From Cephaloticoccus sp. (lineage in GTDB: Bacteria > Verrucomicrobiota > Verrucomicrobiia > Opitutales > Opitutaceae): DNA of 64,000 nucleotides. This document shows positions 28,181-37,004 of this stretch, piece after piece. Below the pieces are notes generated by a model, which was given only the letters and a program-made list of their open reading frames with translations, was not told the DNA's origin and did not search any database. The DNA lies in assembly GCA_030833445.1 (NCBI GenBank), contig JAURHD010000017.1:996-64995 (forward strand), given 5' to 3'. A program made the position numbers and the translations under genes. Position 1 is the first letter of the stretch; the number at the start of each line of letters is the position of its first letter.

Positions 28181-29013
28181 TTGCGCTGGGAGGTCGTTTC
28201 GGGAGGCCGGCTGGAATTCACCGGACCGAGTGAAACCAGAGCCACGGCAAACAGGGCAATGCAGGTCCAAGCGAAGCGGCGGGAAATCAAGTTGCCTCGC
28301 AGCCGCATGATCAGGGCGATGACATATGCCAGCCAGATACCGATCGTGATCAGCAGCTTCGCGTGATTCACACTGGCGGTGTCTTGCAGCCAATAGAATG
28401 AGCCCACGATCAGGGATGCGGTTATCAACGTGACGCCGGTGCCCAATAGCCGGGCACTGATCAGGTCGAGGTCCAGAATCGAGGGCAGAAACGAAAACCA
28501 TCCGCCGAGTCGTTTGTGTTTCAGGGAATAGTTGCGAAGCAGAAGCATGGCGGCGGTGAGGGCCAGGAGGGCAAACACGCCGTAGCTGAACAAGGCCAAG
28601 GCGGCATGAAACTCGATCCAAGGATTGCCGCCGAAAATATGGGCGCGACGGGTGGCATCCCACGCGGGTATGGCCAGTGAACTCAGGGTTAACACCGCGC
28701 TGAGACAGGCGGTGAAATAGCCGAGCAGACTGGTGCGAAAGGTAACGCCGATCACCAAATACAGGGTGGTCGCCGACCAAGCGGTAAATTGAAACAGTTC
28801 AAACGTATTGCCGAGCGGGCACCCGCCCACGGCCATGCCCCGCAGATACAGTCCGGTCAATTGCATGAGATAACCGGCGGTGATCAGCCCATACATGGCC
28901 ACTCCCGATGGCCGGCCTCCGCGCATCAGTGACCACGTGCCCAGCAGGAAACCGACGAGATAAAACTCGCCGGCGATCCAGAGCCAGTCGCGGTCATTGA
29001 GTTGGGCTAACAT
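28177..29013 (-). CDS. Cytochrome c assembly (CcsA) family membrane protein, HemX-like
   Basis: Polytopic and Trp-rich (WSATTLY, NPWIEFH). An ATGA overlap couples its stop to the hemA start. The start is ATG 29013 or TTG 29022. Confidence 0.6.
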   Translation of the reverse strand: MLAQLNDRDWLWIAGEFYLVGFLLGTWSLMRGGRPSGVAMYGLITAGYLMQLTGLYLRGMAVGGCPLGNTFELFQFTAWSATTLYLVIGVTFRTSLLGYFTACLSAVLTLSSLAIPAWDATRRAHIFGGNPWIEFHAALALFSYGVFALLALTAAMLLLRNYSLKHKRLGGWFSFLPSILDLDLISARLLGTGVTLITASLIVGSFYWLQDTASVNHAKLLITIGIWLAYVIALIMRLRGNLISRRFAWTCIALFAVALVSLGPVNSSRPPETTSQRK

Positions 29014-29063
29014 AGGGCGCAAAGTGACGCGAAGTCACTTCGTGGCAAGTTTCCGCGGGATTC

Positions 29064-29558
29064 TTAATTTCCACCCTTGGCGGGTGCCCACTTTTCCAAA
29101 AAGGCCACTACTTTAGCCGGACTGTGCCCGTCACCCTCTTCCAATGCCCCGGTTTCCTGCGTGGTGAGTTGCTGGCCATCGGCGTCGAGCACCACGAGCA
29201 CGGGCAAACCGAATTGGATCGGGTTGCCATAGCGGGCGTTGACGTCGGCATTGCGCTTGGTGTCGTTGCGGGTGTTCACATCCACCATTACCACGATATA
29301 ATCGCGCTTGAGCGCAGCCGCCACCGATTGGTCAGAGATCATGGTTTCATGGAGGCGGTGACACCAAATGCACCAATTGGCTCCGAACATCAGGAGCACA
29401 TGCTGGTTGGCTTGGGCGGCCGTTTGCAGGGCGGCGTCGATCTGGACCTGGGCATCGGCCTGGGTGTCGTAGATGTCTTCTCCCATCTTGGGGTATTCGG
29501 CGGCCGGCAGGGCGGTGACCAGCAGGCAGCAGGAGGTAATCGCTAGAAATTTTCTCAT
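29064..29558 (-). CDS. Secreted thioredoxin-fold protein (CxxC = CIWC)
   Basis: Signal peptide MRKFLAITSCCLLVTALPAA. Contains LLMFGANWCIWCHRL and LPVLVVLDADG. Confidence 0.7.
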   Translation of the reverse strand: MRKFLAITSCCLLVTALPAAEYPKMGEDIYDTQADAQVQIDAALQTAAQANQHVLLMFGANWCIWCHRLHETMISDQSVAAALKRDYIVVMVDVNTRNDTKRNADVNARYGNPIQFGLPVLVVLDADGQQLTTQETGALEEGDGHSPAKVVAFLEKWAPAKGGN

Positions 29559-29645
29559 GGGCCGAGCATGTTCCCGGCTTTGCCGGTGTTAAGTCAAATT
29601 TCCACAGCTTGAGTTACCCGGCGACCGGCCTATGGTGGCCGATCC

Positions 29646-30593
29646 ATGTGCGCTGCCCGCCGTATATCCCGTGATCGCCCCGAGCTGTTGGTGCAGCGAT
29701 TGGGCCCGTTTGGGCGAATGCCGCGACGGTCAGTCTTGCTGGTGCGTCCTGAACAGATTCACCCGGTGGTGCGCATCGCCCATCGGCAGGCCGGGTTGAT
29801 CATCCCGGAGCGAATTATCTTGGACCACGAACTGGTGCTGGTGATTTCCGGCCGGGGTTACTGGGAGATCGACGGTGAACGGCGAAATTTTGCCCCCCAT
29901 GATTTGCTGTTTATTCCGCCATTCACGCCCCATTATTTTCAGGCGGATCCGAATTCAGCGGTCGAACATTTGGCTGTGCACTTTGATTTTGCCGAAGCCT
30001 TGCCCATGGAAGGACCAGGCCTCGATCATCGCCGTCCTTATCGCCTGCGCTTTACCCATGGTTTGGGCATACCCCGTCAGCAGCGGTTGTTTTCCGGTCA
30101 CCGGATTGAGCGGGCGTTGACGGCCATCCTGAATGCGCATGCCACGGACGACGTCCTGAGTGCGGCAAACAGTTCAGTGCAACTGTCGGGAGTGTTACTT
30201 TCCTTGCTGGTCAAACCGGACCAACCACGGCGGGACGAACAACCGGGGTTGCGTAACCAAGCGCGCGTTGAGGCCGTGGTGGCTCACATGACGGCCCAAT
30301 TGGCAAAACCGATATCCCAGGTTGCGCTGCAACGCGTGGCAGGACTGAGTTCGAGCCGACTTCAGGCCGTGTTCCGCGAGGTCACGGGTTATCCGCCCTT
30401 GGATTACTTGCGTCGATTACGGGTGGAAGCTGCCCGCCGCTTGCTGGCGGATCAGAGTCTCTCGGTAAAGGAGGTGGCGGCGCAGACCGGATTTCGGGAT
30501 ACCAGCCATTTTAGCAAGGTGTTTCGTCGCATCGACGGATTGTCACCGGCGCACTACCGCGAGGCCTTGCTCGCCGGTCGACAGGAAAAATAG
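29646..30593 (+). CDS. AraC family transcriptional regulator (cupin-like N-terminus plus HTH)
   Basis: The C-terminus SVKEVAAQTGFRDTSHFSKVFRRIDGLSPAHYR is AraC-type. The start is uncertain (alternative ATG at 29718). Confidence 0.8.
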   Translation: MCAARRISRDRPELLVQRLGPFGRMPRRSVLLVRPEQIHPVVRIAHRQAGLIIPERIILDHELVLVISGRGYWEIDGERRNFAPHDLLFIPPFTPHYFQADPNSAVEHLAVHFDFAEALPMEGPGLDHRRPYRLRFTHGLGIPRQQRLFSGHRIERALTAILNAHATDDVLSAANSSVQLSGVLLSLLVKPDQPRRDEQPGLRNQARVEAVVAHMTAQLAKPISQVALQRVAGLSSSRLQAVFREVTGYPPLDYLRRLRVEAARRLLADQSLSVKEVAAQTGFRDTSHFSKVFRRIDGLSPAHYREALLAGRQEK

Positions 30594-30656
30594 CCAACAC
30601 CTGCGCGTCGCCGCCAAGGCAATTCGGATGACAAGCCGGCATCATGGGTTCAGGAT

Positions 30657-31469
30657 ATGGTCACCATGTTAACCCCGGCCCAAATCAAAGAATTTAAAAC
30701 CCAAGGCTATTTGCGTGGCGCTAAAGTGCTCGATGATGCCGAGGTCGAAATCCTGCGGGCCGAGGTCGAGCGCGTGATCACCGAACGCGATCGGGAGGAT
30801 ATTCCGCAGCCGGTGCTTTGTCACAATTTCACGCACAGCGAGGAAGCGCCGGTGTGGCAGATCGTGAACATTTGGGAGGCCAGTCCGCCTTTCAAAACCC
30901 TCACGACGAACGCCAAGATTTGCGAGGAGATGGCACAATTGACCGGAGCCGACAGCCTGCGGATCTGGCACGATCAAATTCAATACAAACCGGCCGGCCG
31001 CGGTGGAGTGAATATGTGGCATCAGGACGCGCCACTCTGGCCGATTATCGCGCCCATGACCGAGGTGACTGCTTGGGTCGCACTCGATGATGTCGATGTG
31101 GATAATGGCTGCATGAGCATGGTCCCGGGCTCACACCTGTGGGGCGACCAGATGGCGATGATCCGAAACTGGAAGGATTTCGAGAAAGACGTGCCGGCCG
31201 AATTTGAAGGCCACCCGGTCATTGTTAAAAAGTGTCCGGTGAAAAAAGGTGAAGTGCATTACCACCACTCTGTCACCTGGCACGGCTCACACGCCAATAC
31301 GAGTGGGCGGCCACGCCGCGCCATTGCGCTCCACTTCATGACCGGCGAAACACGCTACGTCGAATCGGGCGAACACCCGATGAAACAATTCGTCACCGTC
31401 AAGGATGGAGAGATGCTTCAAGGGGAACACTTTCCGCTCGTTTGGAGCAACGGCGCCGTGCCGGCCTGA
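30657..31469 (+). CDS. Phytanoyl-CoA dioxygenase (PhyH) family oxygenase
   Basis: LTPAQIKEFKTQGYL, MWHQDAPLW (HxD), DNGCMSMVPGSH and VTWHGSHAN. Confidence 0.8.
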   Translation: MVTMLTPAQIKEFKTQGYLRGAKVLDDAEVEILRAEVERVITERDREDIPQPVLCHNFTHSEEAPVWQIVNIWEASPPFKTLTTNAKICEEMAQLTGADSLRIWHDQIQYKPAGRGGVNMWHQDAPLWPIIAPMTEVTAWVALDDVDVDNGCMSMVPGSHLWGDQMAMIRNWKDFEKDVPAEFEGHPVIVKKCPVKKGEVHYHHSVTWHGSHANTSGRPRRAIALHFMTGETRYVESGEHPMKQFVTVKDGEMLQGEHFPLVWSNGAVPA

Positions 31470-31476
31470 GCCGGTT

Positions 31477-31550
31477 TGTAGGGCGGGGTCACTGACCCCG
31501 CCTTTGACATTATCCGCATTCGCAGGCCGGATCAGCGATCCCGCCCTACA
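31477..31550. repeat. REP/REPIN-like palindromic doublet (copy C)
   Basis: The left arm is tGTAGggcggggtc-act-gaccccgcc (hairpin 31482-31502). After a 22-nt spacer (31503-31524) comes the right arm ggccggatc-agc-gatcccgccCTACa. The terminal 11-12 nt are inverted repeats. It lies between convergent gene ends at 31469 and 31551. Confidence 0.75.
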
Positions 31551-32510
31551 TCAATGCGACGCTGCGAGGGCCTTGGTCTTGGCCGATGCGAACAGGTTTG
31601 CCAGTTGGTGCCAGGTCCTTTGCGGCAGCTCGTCGTCGGCGGCTTTGACCACACCCTTGATGTGATCCGGCTTTCTGACCCCGGCAATCGCACTGGTGAT
31701 CGCTGGATTGGTCAGCACCCAGCGCATGGCCAGTTCAGCCATGGTCAGACCCAGTTCATTTGCGATACCCTTGGCTTCGTCGATGGCGGTGAGAATCGTG
31801 CGAAGTCCCTCGCCATGAAACAACGGACTGTTGGCCCGATTGCCGGTGATAATTGAATCTGGTTTGTAACGTCCGCCGAGCAGACCACGAAACAGAGGTG
31901 AGTAATTGATCACTCCAATTGTGTGGTTGAGGCAGTAGGGTAGTTCGCGGGCTTCGATATCCCGGGCGAGCAAACTGTAGGGCGGCTGCAGGCAACTTAC
32001 CTCGAAATGTTTTGCGTAGAGATCCATTTGCTCGGGATTGAGATTGCTGACTCCGAACCAGCGCACCTTGCCCTGTTGTTTTAGAGTCTGAAACGCCCGC
32101 GCGACTTCATCCGGTCGGGTGATGGCGTCCCAGGCGTGGATTTGGTAAAGATCAATTCGGTCGGTCTGGAGCCTTTGCAGGGATGCTGCGCAGGCGCGCA
32201 GGATGTAGTCGTGGGTAGTGTCGGGATGACGGGGACCATCGGCGAAATTCCAAAAGAACTTGGTCGCGATGGTGAATTGGTCGCGCGTGCCATCCTGCTT
32301 CAGCAATTTGCCGAGCTCTGTTTCGGCATGGCCGTCGCCATAGGCATCGGCGGTGTCGATGAAGTTGACCCCGAGTTCGAGGGCAGCGCGCAGGGAGTCA
32401 GCCCACGGGCCCACCGGCACCTCACCCCAGAAGGACGGGCTCAGCTGCCAGCAGCCAAAGCAGATGCGAGAAACGTTTAGGTCGGTCTTTCCAAGTTGGG
32501 TATACTTCAT
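31551..32510 (-). CDS. Aldo/keto reductase
   Basis: MKYTQLGKTDLNVSRICFGCWQL, FIDTADAYGDGHAE, DLYQIHAWD and VINYSPL. Start at ATG 32510. Confidence 0.85.
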   Translation of the reverse strand: MKYTQLGKTDLNVSRICFGCWQLSPSFWGEVPVGPWADSLRAALELGVNFIDTADAYGDGHAETELGKLLKQDGTRDQFTIATKFFWNFADGPRHPDTTHDYILRACAASLQRLQTDRIDLYQIHAWDAITRPDEVARAFQTLKQQGKVRWFGVSNLNPEQMDLYAKHFEVSCLQPPYSLLARDIEARELPYCLNHTIGVINYSPLFRGLLGGRYKPDSIITGNRANSPLFHGEGLRTILTAIDEAKGIANELGLTMAELAMRWVLTNPAITSAIAGVRKPDHIKGVVKAADDELPQRTWHQLANLFASAKTKALAASH

Positions 32511-32638
32511 GGCAAAAATCTCTTTGCACGTTAACGCGTATTCGTGGCGGCGACCAGTCCCGATCAAACTTTAACGCAGCTTTCCTGCTTGGTGCCTATG
32601 GCGTGGACAAGTGCCGGCCTCATCTTCTGCCTGTGGGG

Positions 32639-33616
32639 ATGAAGATTCTTATCATCGGCGGCACGTTGTTTGTCGGTCGCGCACTCACAACGGTGGCGCA
32701 GTCCCGGGGACATGCGGTTACGCTGCTGAATCGAGGCAAGACCGCTACGAAATTGCCGGCGGGAGTTGAGCATATCCAAGCGGATCGTGATGCCGGCCTC
32801 GAAATGCTCGCCACCGGATCTTGGGATGCAGTCGTCGATACCTGTGCGTATTATCCCCGTCAGGTGAGATCACTGCTGGCGGCGCTGCCTGGAGAACCGC
32901 ACTATACCTTGGTCTCGAGTGTTTCTGCCTATTCAGATTTTACCCGAAAAGGATTGGATGAATCGGCCGAGCTGTCGGTTCCGCTGATGGATGACTCCAT
33001 CACGAGTTTTGACCGGCACACTTACGGACCGCTCAAATCCGGTTGTGAGCAAGCGGCCGGTCCGGATGCATTGATCATTCGCCCGGGGATTATTGTCGGG
33101 CCCCATGATCCGACTGGACGTTTTGCGTATTGAGTGCGGCGACTTGCGGCGACCGAGACGTTTCTTGCGCCGGGTGATGGCTCGACCGCGTTGCAAATCA
33201 TCGACGTGCGGGATTTGGCGGCGTGGATGGTGCACCTGGTTGAACAAAAAGTGACGGGTGCCTTTAATGCCGTGGGGCCGGCGTTGCCGCTCCATTTCGG
33301 TGAATTCATCCAGATCGGTCTCCATACCTTGGAGAGTCGGGCGTTGCCGCGGTGGGTTGGCGAATCCGTGCTGGCTGAAAACAAGATTGAGGGCGGTTCC
33401 ATGCTGCCGCTGTGGATACCATCCACGGCTGAAAATCTTGCCGGTATGTTTGAGGTGGATGGCCGCAAGGCTTGGCTGACCGGACTGCAACTGCGCGGAC
33501 TCGATGTCACGATTCGTGATGTCGCGACTTATGAGGCGACGGTGGGCAAACCGGTGAAGGTTGGCCTGTCGAGCGAAGACGAGCACGCACTGCTGGCGCG
33601 ACTCAGCCGGCCCTGA
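32639..33616 (+). pseudogene. NAD-dependent epimerase/dehydratase (SDR) family protein interrupted by an in-frame TGA (33131-33133)
   Basis: MKILIIGGTLFVGRAL has a Rossmann GxxGxxG. Track ORFs 32603..33133 and 33134..33616 are contiguous in one frame: ...DPTGRFAY*VRRLAATETFLAPGDGSTALQIIDVRDLAAW. Confidence 0.7.
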
Positions 33617-33674
33617 CGGACTGCGTGCGGTTACGCACCGGCCCTCCGCCCGTGAAATTATGGGCAGGCTCGTC

Positions 33675-34145
33675 TCAGGTCTTTTTCCGCGTTTGGGGTG
33701 CGGGGCGTTTGGCAGTGGTCTGCTTCTTTGTCTTGCTGTCCGGGCTTTGGTGTGGCGTGTGAGCCAACTCCAATTTCATGCCATCCGGGTCTTGAAACCA
33801 GACCGCATAATAGCCGCGGCTATAATTCATCTCACAGGGCGCATCCAGAATGGTGGCGCGATGCTTCTTCAGCAATCGGTGCAGGTCATCCACTTGTTTG
33901 CGGCTTTCGGCATCCCAAGCCAGATGACTGAAGCCCGGAGCTTCTGGATCGTAGCTTTTGCCTTGGCCGGCTTTGCGGACGCGCAGCAGGATCAAGTCAC
34001 CGATGCCGTGCTTTTTTCGATACAGGATGATGGCGCCGTTGCGGGCGTGCTTGTCATAGCCCAGAAAGGTGCAGACCGGATCGTAAAATTTTTCCGAGCG
34101 ATCGAGGTCGGTTACGTGCAGGGCGAGGTGATTTATTGAAGCCAT
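33675..34145 (-). CDS. VOC (glyoxalase/bleomycin resistance/dioxygenase) family protein with a Lys-rich C-terminal tail
   Basis: Starts at ATG 34145 (MASINHLALHVTDLDRSEKFY). Contains GFSHLAW and YAVWFQDPDGMKLEL. Confidence 0.7.
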   Translation of the reverse strand: MASINHLALHVTDLDRSEKFYDPVCTFLGYDKHARNGAIILYRKKHGIGDLILLRVRKAGQGKSYDPEAPGFSHLAWDAESRKQVDDLHRLLKKHRATILDAPCEMNYSRGYYAVWFQDPDGMKLELAHTPHQSPDSKTKKQTTAKRPAPQTRKKT

Positions 34146-34222
34146 GTTTGGGGCGGGGTTAAATGCCGGGTGGTGGTTTATCGGTGCGTCGGCTGCATTT
34201 GGACAATGCAGAGCAGCTCGCA

Positions 34223-35005
34223 TTAATCGCCGGTCCGACTGGCCACCCAGAAACGGCACTCGTCGGAAAAATCACGCACTTTGCGGGGCTCAGCTGAGAT
34301 CCGACGGCGCATTTCGTCATATTGGTGGGTCCAACCGGTGGCCTTGAGGTCGGCGAGAATCTCCTCGCGCACGGGGAGATGCATGAACGTGCGGCCGACG
34401 CCGTCTTCCTCGTAATAGCGGTCGCCAAATTCGCGCAGGATTGGGTCCTGTTTTCCCTTGGCCCAACGCGCGGCTTCCAGTCGCCACAAGACGCGTTCCG
34501 CCGGGGAATCCTCCCGGTCGTGCGTGGTGAACATCAATGGCGCACCCGGGCGGCAGAATGCGGCCATGGAACGCAGGGCGCGTCGCCGATTACGGCGAAG
34601 GGGAATTTGCATCAGGCCGTTGAACATGAACAAGGCACCATCGAATTGAAGGCCACTTAGCATCGGACATTTATCGAGGCGGGTCGCGTCGGCGTGAAAG
34701 AGGGTGACGTTGACGTTGCGTTCGATCACGAGACTTTGCGCCTGCGCGAGCAGTTCCTCGGCGAAATCAAAAGCATGGAGGCTCCGATACCCGGCTTCGG
34801 CCAGCGCGACCGAAACCCGGCCAGCGCCACAACCGGCCTCCAGCAGTTGCGCGGCCTTGTTGGGGAAAAACTGCTCGACCAAGATGCGTTCGGATTCCCA
34901 GAGCCCGAGGGCATGCGCAGCCTTGGTGTAGTGCACCACGGCGCGCACATCATTGAAATCTTCGCGCACAGTCGCGCCGCGCACTGGTCGCACGGATTCG
35001 CTCAT
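34223..35005 (-). CDS. Class I SAM-dependent methyltransferase
   Basis: Motif I is LLEAGCGAGRVSVALAE. The start overlaps the stop of the upstream S9 peptidase gene (ATGA). Confidence 0.7.
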   Translation of the reverse strand: MSESVRPVRGATVREDFNDVRAVVHYTKAAHALGLWESERILVEQFFPNKAAQLLEAGCGAGRVSVALAEAGYRSLHAFDFAEELLAQAQSLVIERNVNVTLFHADATRLDKCPMLSGLQFDGALFMFNGLMQIPLRRNRRRALRSMAAFCRPGAPLMFTTHDREDSPAERVLWRLEAARWAKGKQDPILREFGDRYYEEDGVGRTFMHLPVREEILADLKATGWTHQYDEMRRRISAEPRKVRDFSDECRFWVASRTGD

Positions 35006-36936
35006 AAGTTCTTGGCGAGGAAAGTTTCCACGGCTTCGAGAAACTCGCGATAGTGCTTCCGGTCGGAGAAGCCATGATACTCGGTATCGAAGAAAAGCTT
35101 TTCGTGAGGGATATTATGCGCCGCGAGTTCGGAGAGCAGTTTGGTAGATTGCTTGTAATTGACCGTGCCGTCCTGTTTGCCGTGGATGACGTAAACCGGG
35201 CACTTGATGGCGGCCACATGGTTGATGGGTGACATCGCCTCGAAGCGTGCTTCCTGCTGCTTGGGGTCGCCGAGTTTCTCGACCAGAACATCATAATTGA
35301 ATTTGTCGTATTTGCTATCGGCCCAGCGTTGGCGGATAAGTTGTTGCCAATCGAAGACCCCGGCAAAAGTAACCGCGCAGCGGTAGAGATCGGGTTCGAA
35401 GGCGGCGCCGGCCACCGCGAGATAACCACCAAAGCTGCCGCCAAAAATGGCGACGTGATCACCATCAACAACACCCTGTTTGATCAATTGGTGCACGCCG
35501 TCCGTGACATCATCGTGCATCTTGCGAAACTCAAATGAGTCGGTCTTGGAAATGGCGGTATTGTAGCCGGTGGAGCCGCGGTAGTTGGGTTGGAAAACCG
35601 CATACCCACGTGAGGTGAAGAATTGGACTTTGGTATTGAAGCCCCATTTGTCCCGCGCCCATGGACCGCCGTGAGGATTCACGATGAGGGGCGGTTTTTT
35701 GCCGTCGGCCCGCGGCGCGGGCAGGGATAGATACCCTTCGAGTTGCAAGCCGTCGCGGGCAGTGAATCTGAAAGGCCGCATGAGGCTGGCCTCTTGTGGC
35801 TTAAGCCAAGGACGGCTTTCGGGGAGGGCCATCAAGGCTTTGTCTTTGCGCGTATAGACGACATAGCGGGACGTGTCCTGGCCGGAGGTGGAAGCGACGA
35901 CGAAACGTTCAAGGTTCTTGTCGCAATCGTAGATGATATTTAGCCGACCGGGCAGCAGGGCGTTGATCTCCTTTTGCACCTCGGCGAATTCCGGATCGAG
36001 CGGGAGTTGCGCCCGCACGTCGCGTTCGTAGTTGAGGGCGAGGTTGCGGACTTTGCCCTTACCGGTGCGAACCTTGAGAATCCACGCATCATTCATTGAA
36101 TAGTAGGGATCGCTGTAGAGAGCGAGGCCGAACTCACCGGTGCTGACGCGATAGCGGTGGAGGGTGCTGGTGGTGGAATCCGGGGCGTAGTGACCGATGT
36201 AAAGGTAGTCCGGGTCCTGGTCGTAGGAGATGATAGTGGTCCGCTCGTGGTCGAAGGGCAGGGTTTGCCAAGGCGCTTCCGGCCCGGTGCGATAGAGGAA
36301 GATCATCTTGCCATCGCGGTAGAGTAAGAGCAGACGCAACTCCCCTTCGATATCGGTGTCGACGCCGTGATACTCGCCGTCCGGAATGGTGAGCCACTCC
36401 TTGACCATGTAACGGTTGTCCTTGACGCCTGAAATGCCGGAGGGACTGCGATTCGAGCTTATAATGGCGAGACCGGTGCGCCCAGTGTCCCAAGTCCGCG
36501 CGATGGGAAAGTTGGCGATGAAGAGAGCGGGGTCCCGGCGCAGGTGATCGATTACCTCCATATTGACCACCTCGTGCATGAGATAGCCGGTGATCTTGCC
36601 CTTGGCGGCATCAAAGATCGCAATCTGTTGCTGGTGATTTGCCGGGTGGTAGGCCCGCACCAGCAGGCGGCCTTCATCGATCCAGTCGAAATCAAAGATA
36701 TCGAAGCCCTGTAGTTCGTATTTTTCACTCTGACCGGTTTTGAGGTCCGTTATATTCAGATTAAAATACTCACGACCGGACGGGGTGGCGAAGGCCAGAT
36801 AGCGGCCGGTTTCAGAAATCGTCACCTGATTGATATCCGGCCAACGGACAAAGTCGTCCGTCGGGGGGAGGGCGGCGAATGATCCTGTGGTGATCAGTAT
36901 AAAAAGCAGGAATAGGCGTTTGGATACGGTAAGCAT
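35002..36936 (-). CDS. S9 family serine peptidase (prolyl oligopeptidase/DPP-like), secreted
   Basis: Starts at ATG 36936 (MLTVSKRLFLLFILITTGSFAA, a signal peptide). A beta-propeller-like N-terminal half is followed by a C-terminal alpha/beta hydrolase with GGSFGGY (GxSxGG) and VIHGKQDGTV. Confidence 0.8.
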   Translation of the reverse strand: MLTVSKRLFLLFILITTGSFAALPPTDDFVRWPDINQVTISETGRYLAFATPSGREYFNLNITDLKTGQSEKYELQGFDIFDFDWIDEGRLLVRAYHPANHQQQIAIFDAAKGKITGYLMHEVVNMEVIDHLRRDPALFIANFPIARTWDTGRTGLAIISSNRSPSGISGVKDNRYMVKEWLTIPDGEYHGVDTDIEGELRLLLLYRDGKMIFLYRTGPEAPWQTLPFDHERTTIISYDQDPDYLYIGHYAPDSTTSTLHRYRVSTGEFGLALYSDPYYSMNDAWILKVRTGKGKVRNLALNYERDVRAQLPLDPEFAEVQKEINALLPGRLNIIYDCDKNLERFVVASTSGQDTSRYVVYTRKDKALMALPESRPWLKPQEASLMRPFRFTARDGLQLEGYLSLPAPRADGKKPPLIVNPHGGPWARDKWGFNTKVQFFTSRGYAVFQPNYRGSTGYNTAISKTDSFEFRKMHDDVTDGVHQLIKQGVVDGDHVAIFGGSFGGYLAVAGAAFEPDLYRCAVTFAGVFDWQQLIRQRWADSKYDKFNYDVLVEKLGDPKQQEARFEAMSPINHVAAIKCPVYVIHGKQDGTVNYKQSTKLLSELAAHNIPHEKLFFDTEYHGFSDRKHYREFLEAVETFLAKNL

Positions 36937-37004
36937 ATTCGAGTTGAAGTTACCCAAACCTAGCCCGGTCCGGCCGAATCGTGCAAGAACCCGCGTCGGG
37001 TGGC

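Noticed and set aside
27092-28780. The 562-aa ORF taken as a single long HemA.
   Set aside because: The first 200 codons overlap the CcsA-like gene in another frame and look non-protein-like. The HemA homology begins at MNSVEQ... (ATG 28180), which overlaps the upstream stop as ATGA.
33131-33133. In-frame TGA read as selenocysteine or programmed readthrough.
   Set aside because: The position is expected to be Trp in this SDR family. I saw no SECIS-like hairpin directly downstream. TGA is the most common genuine stop in the window.
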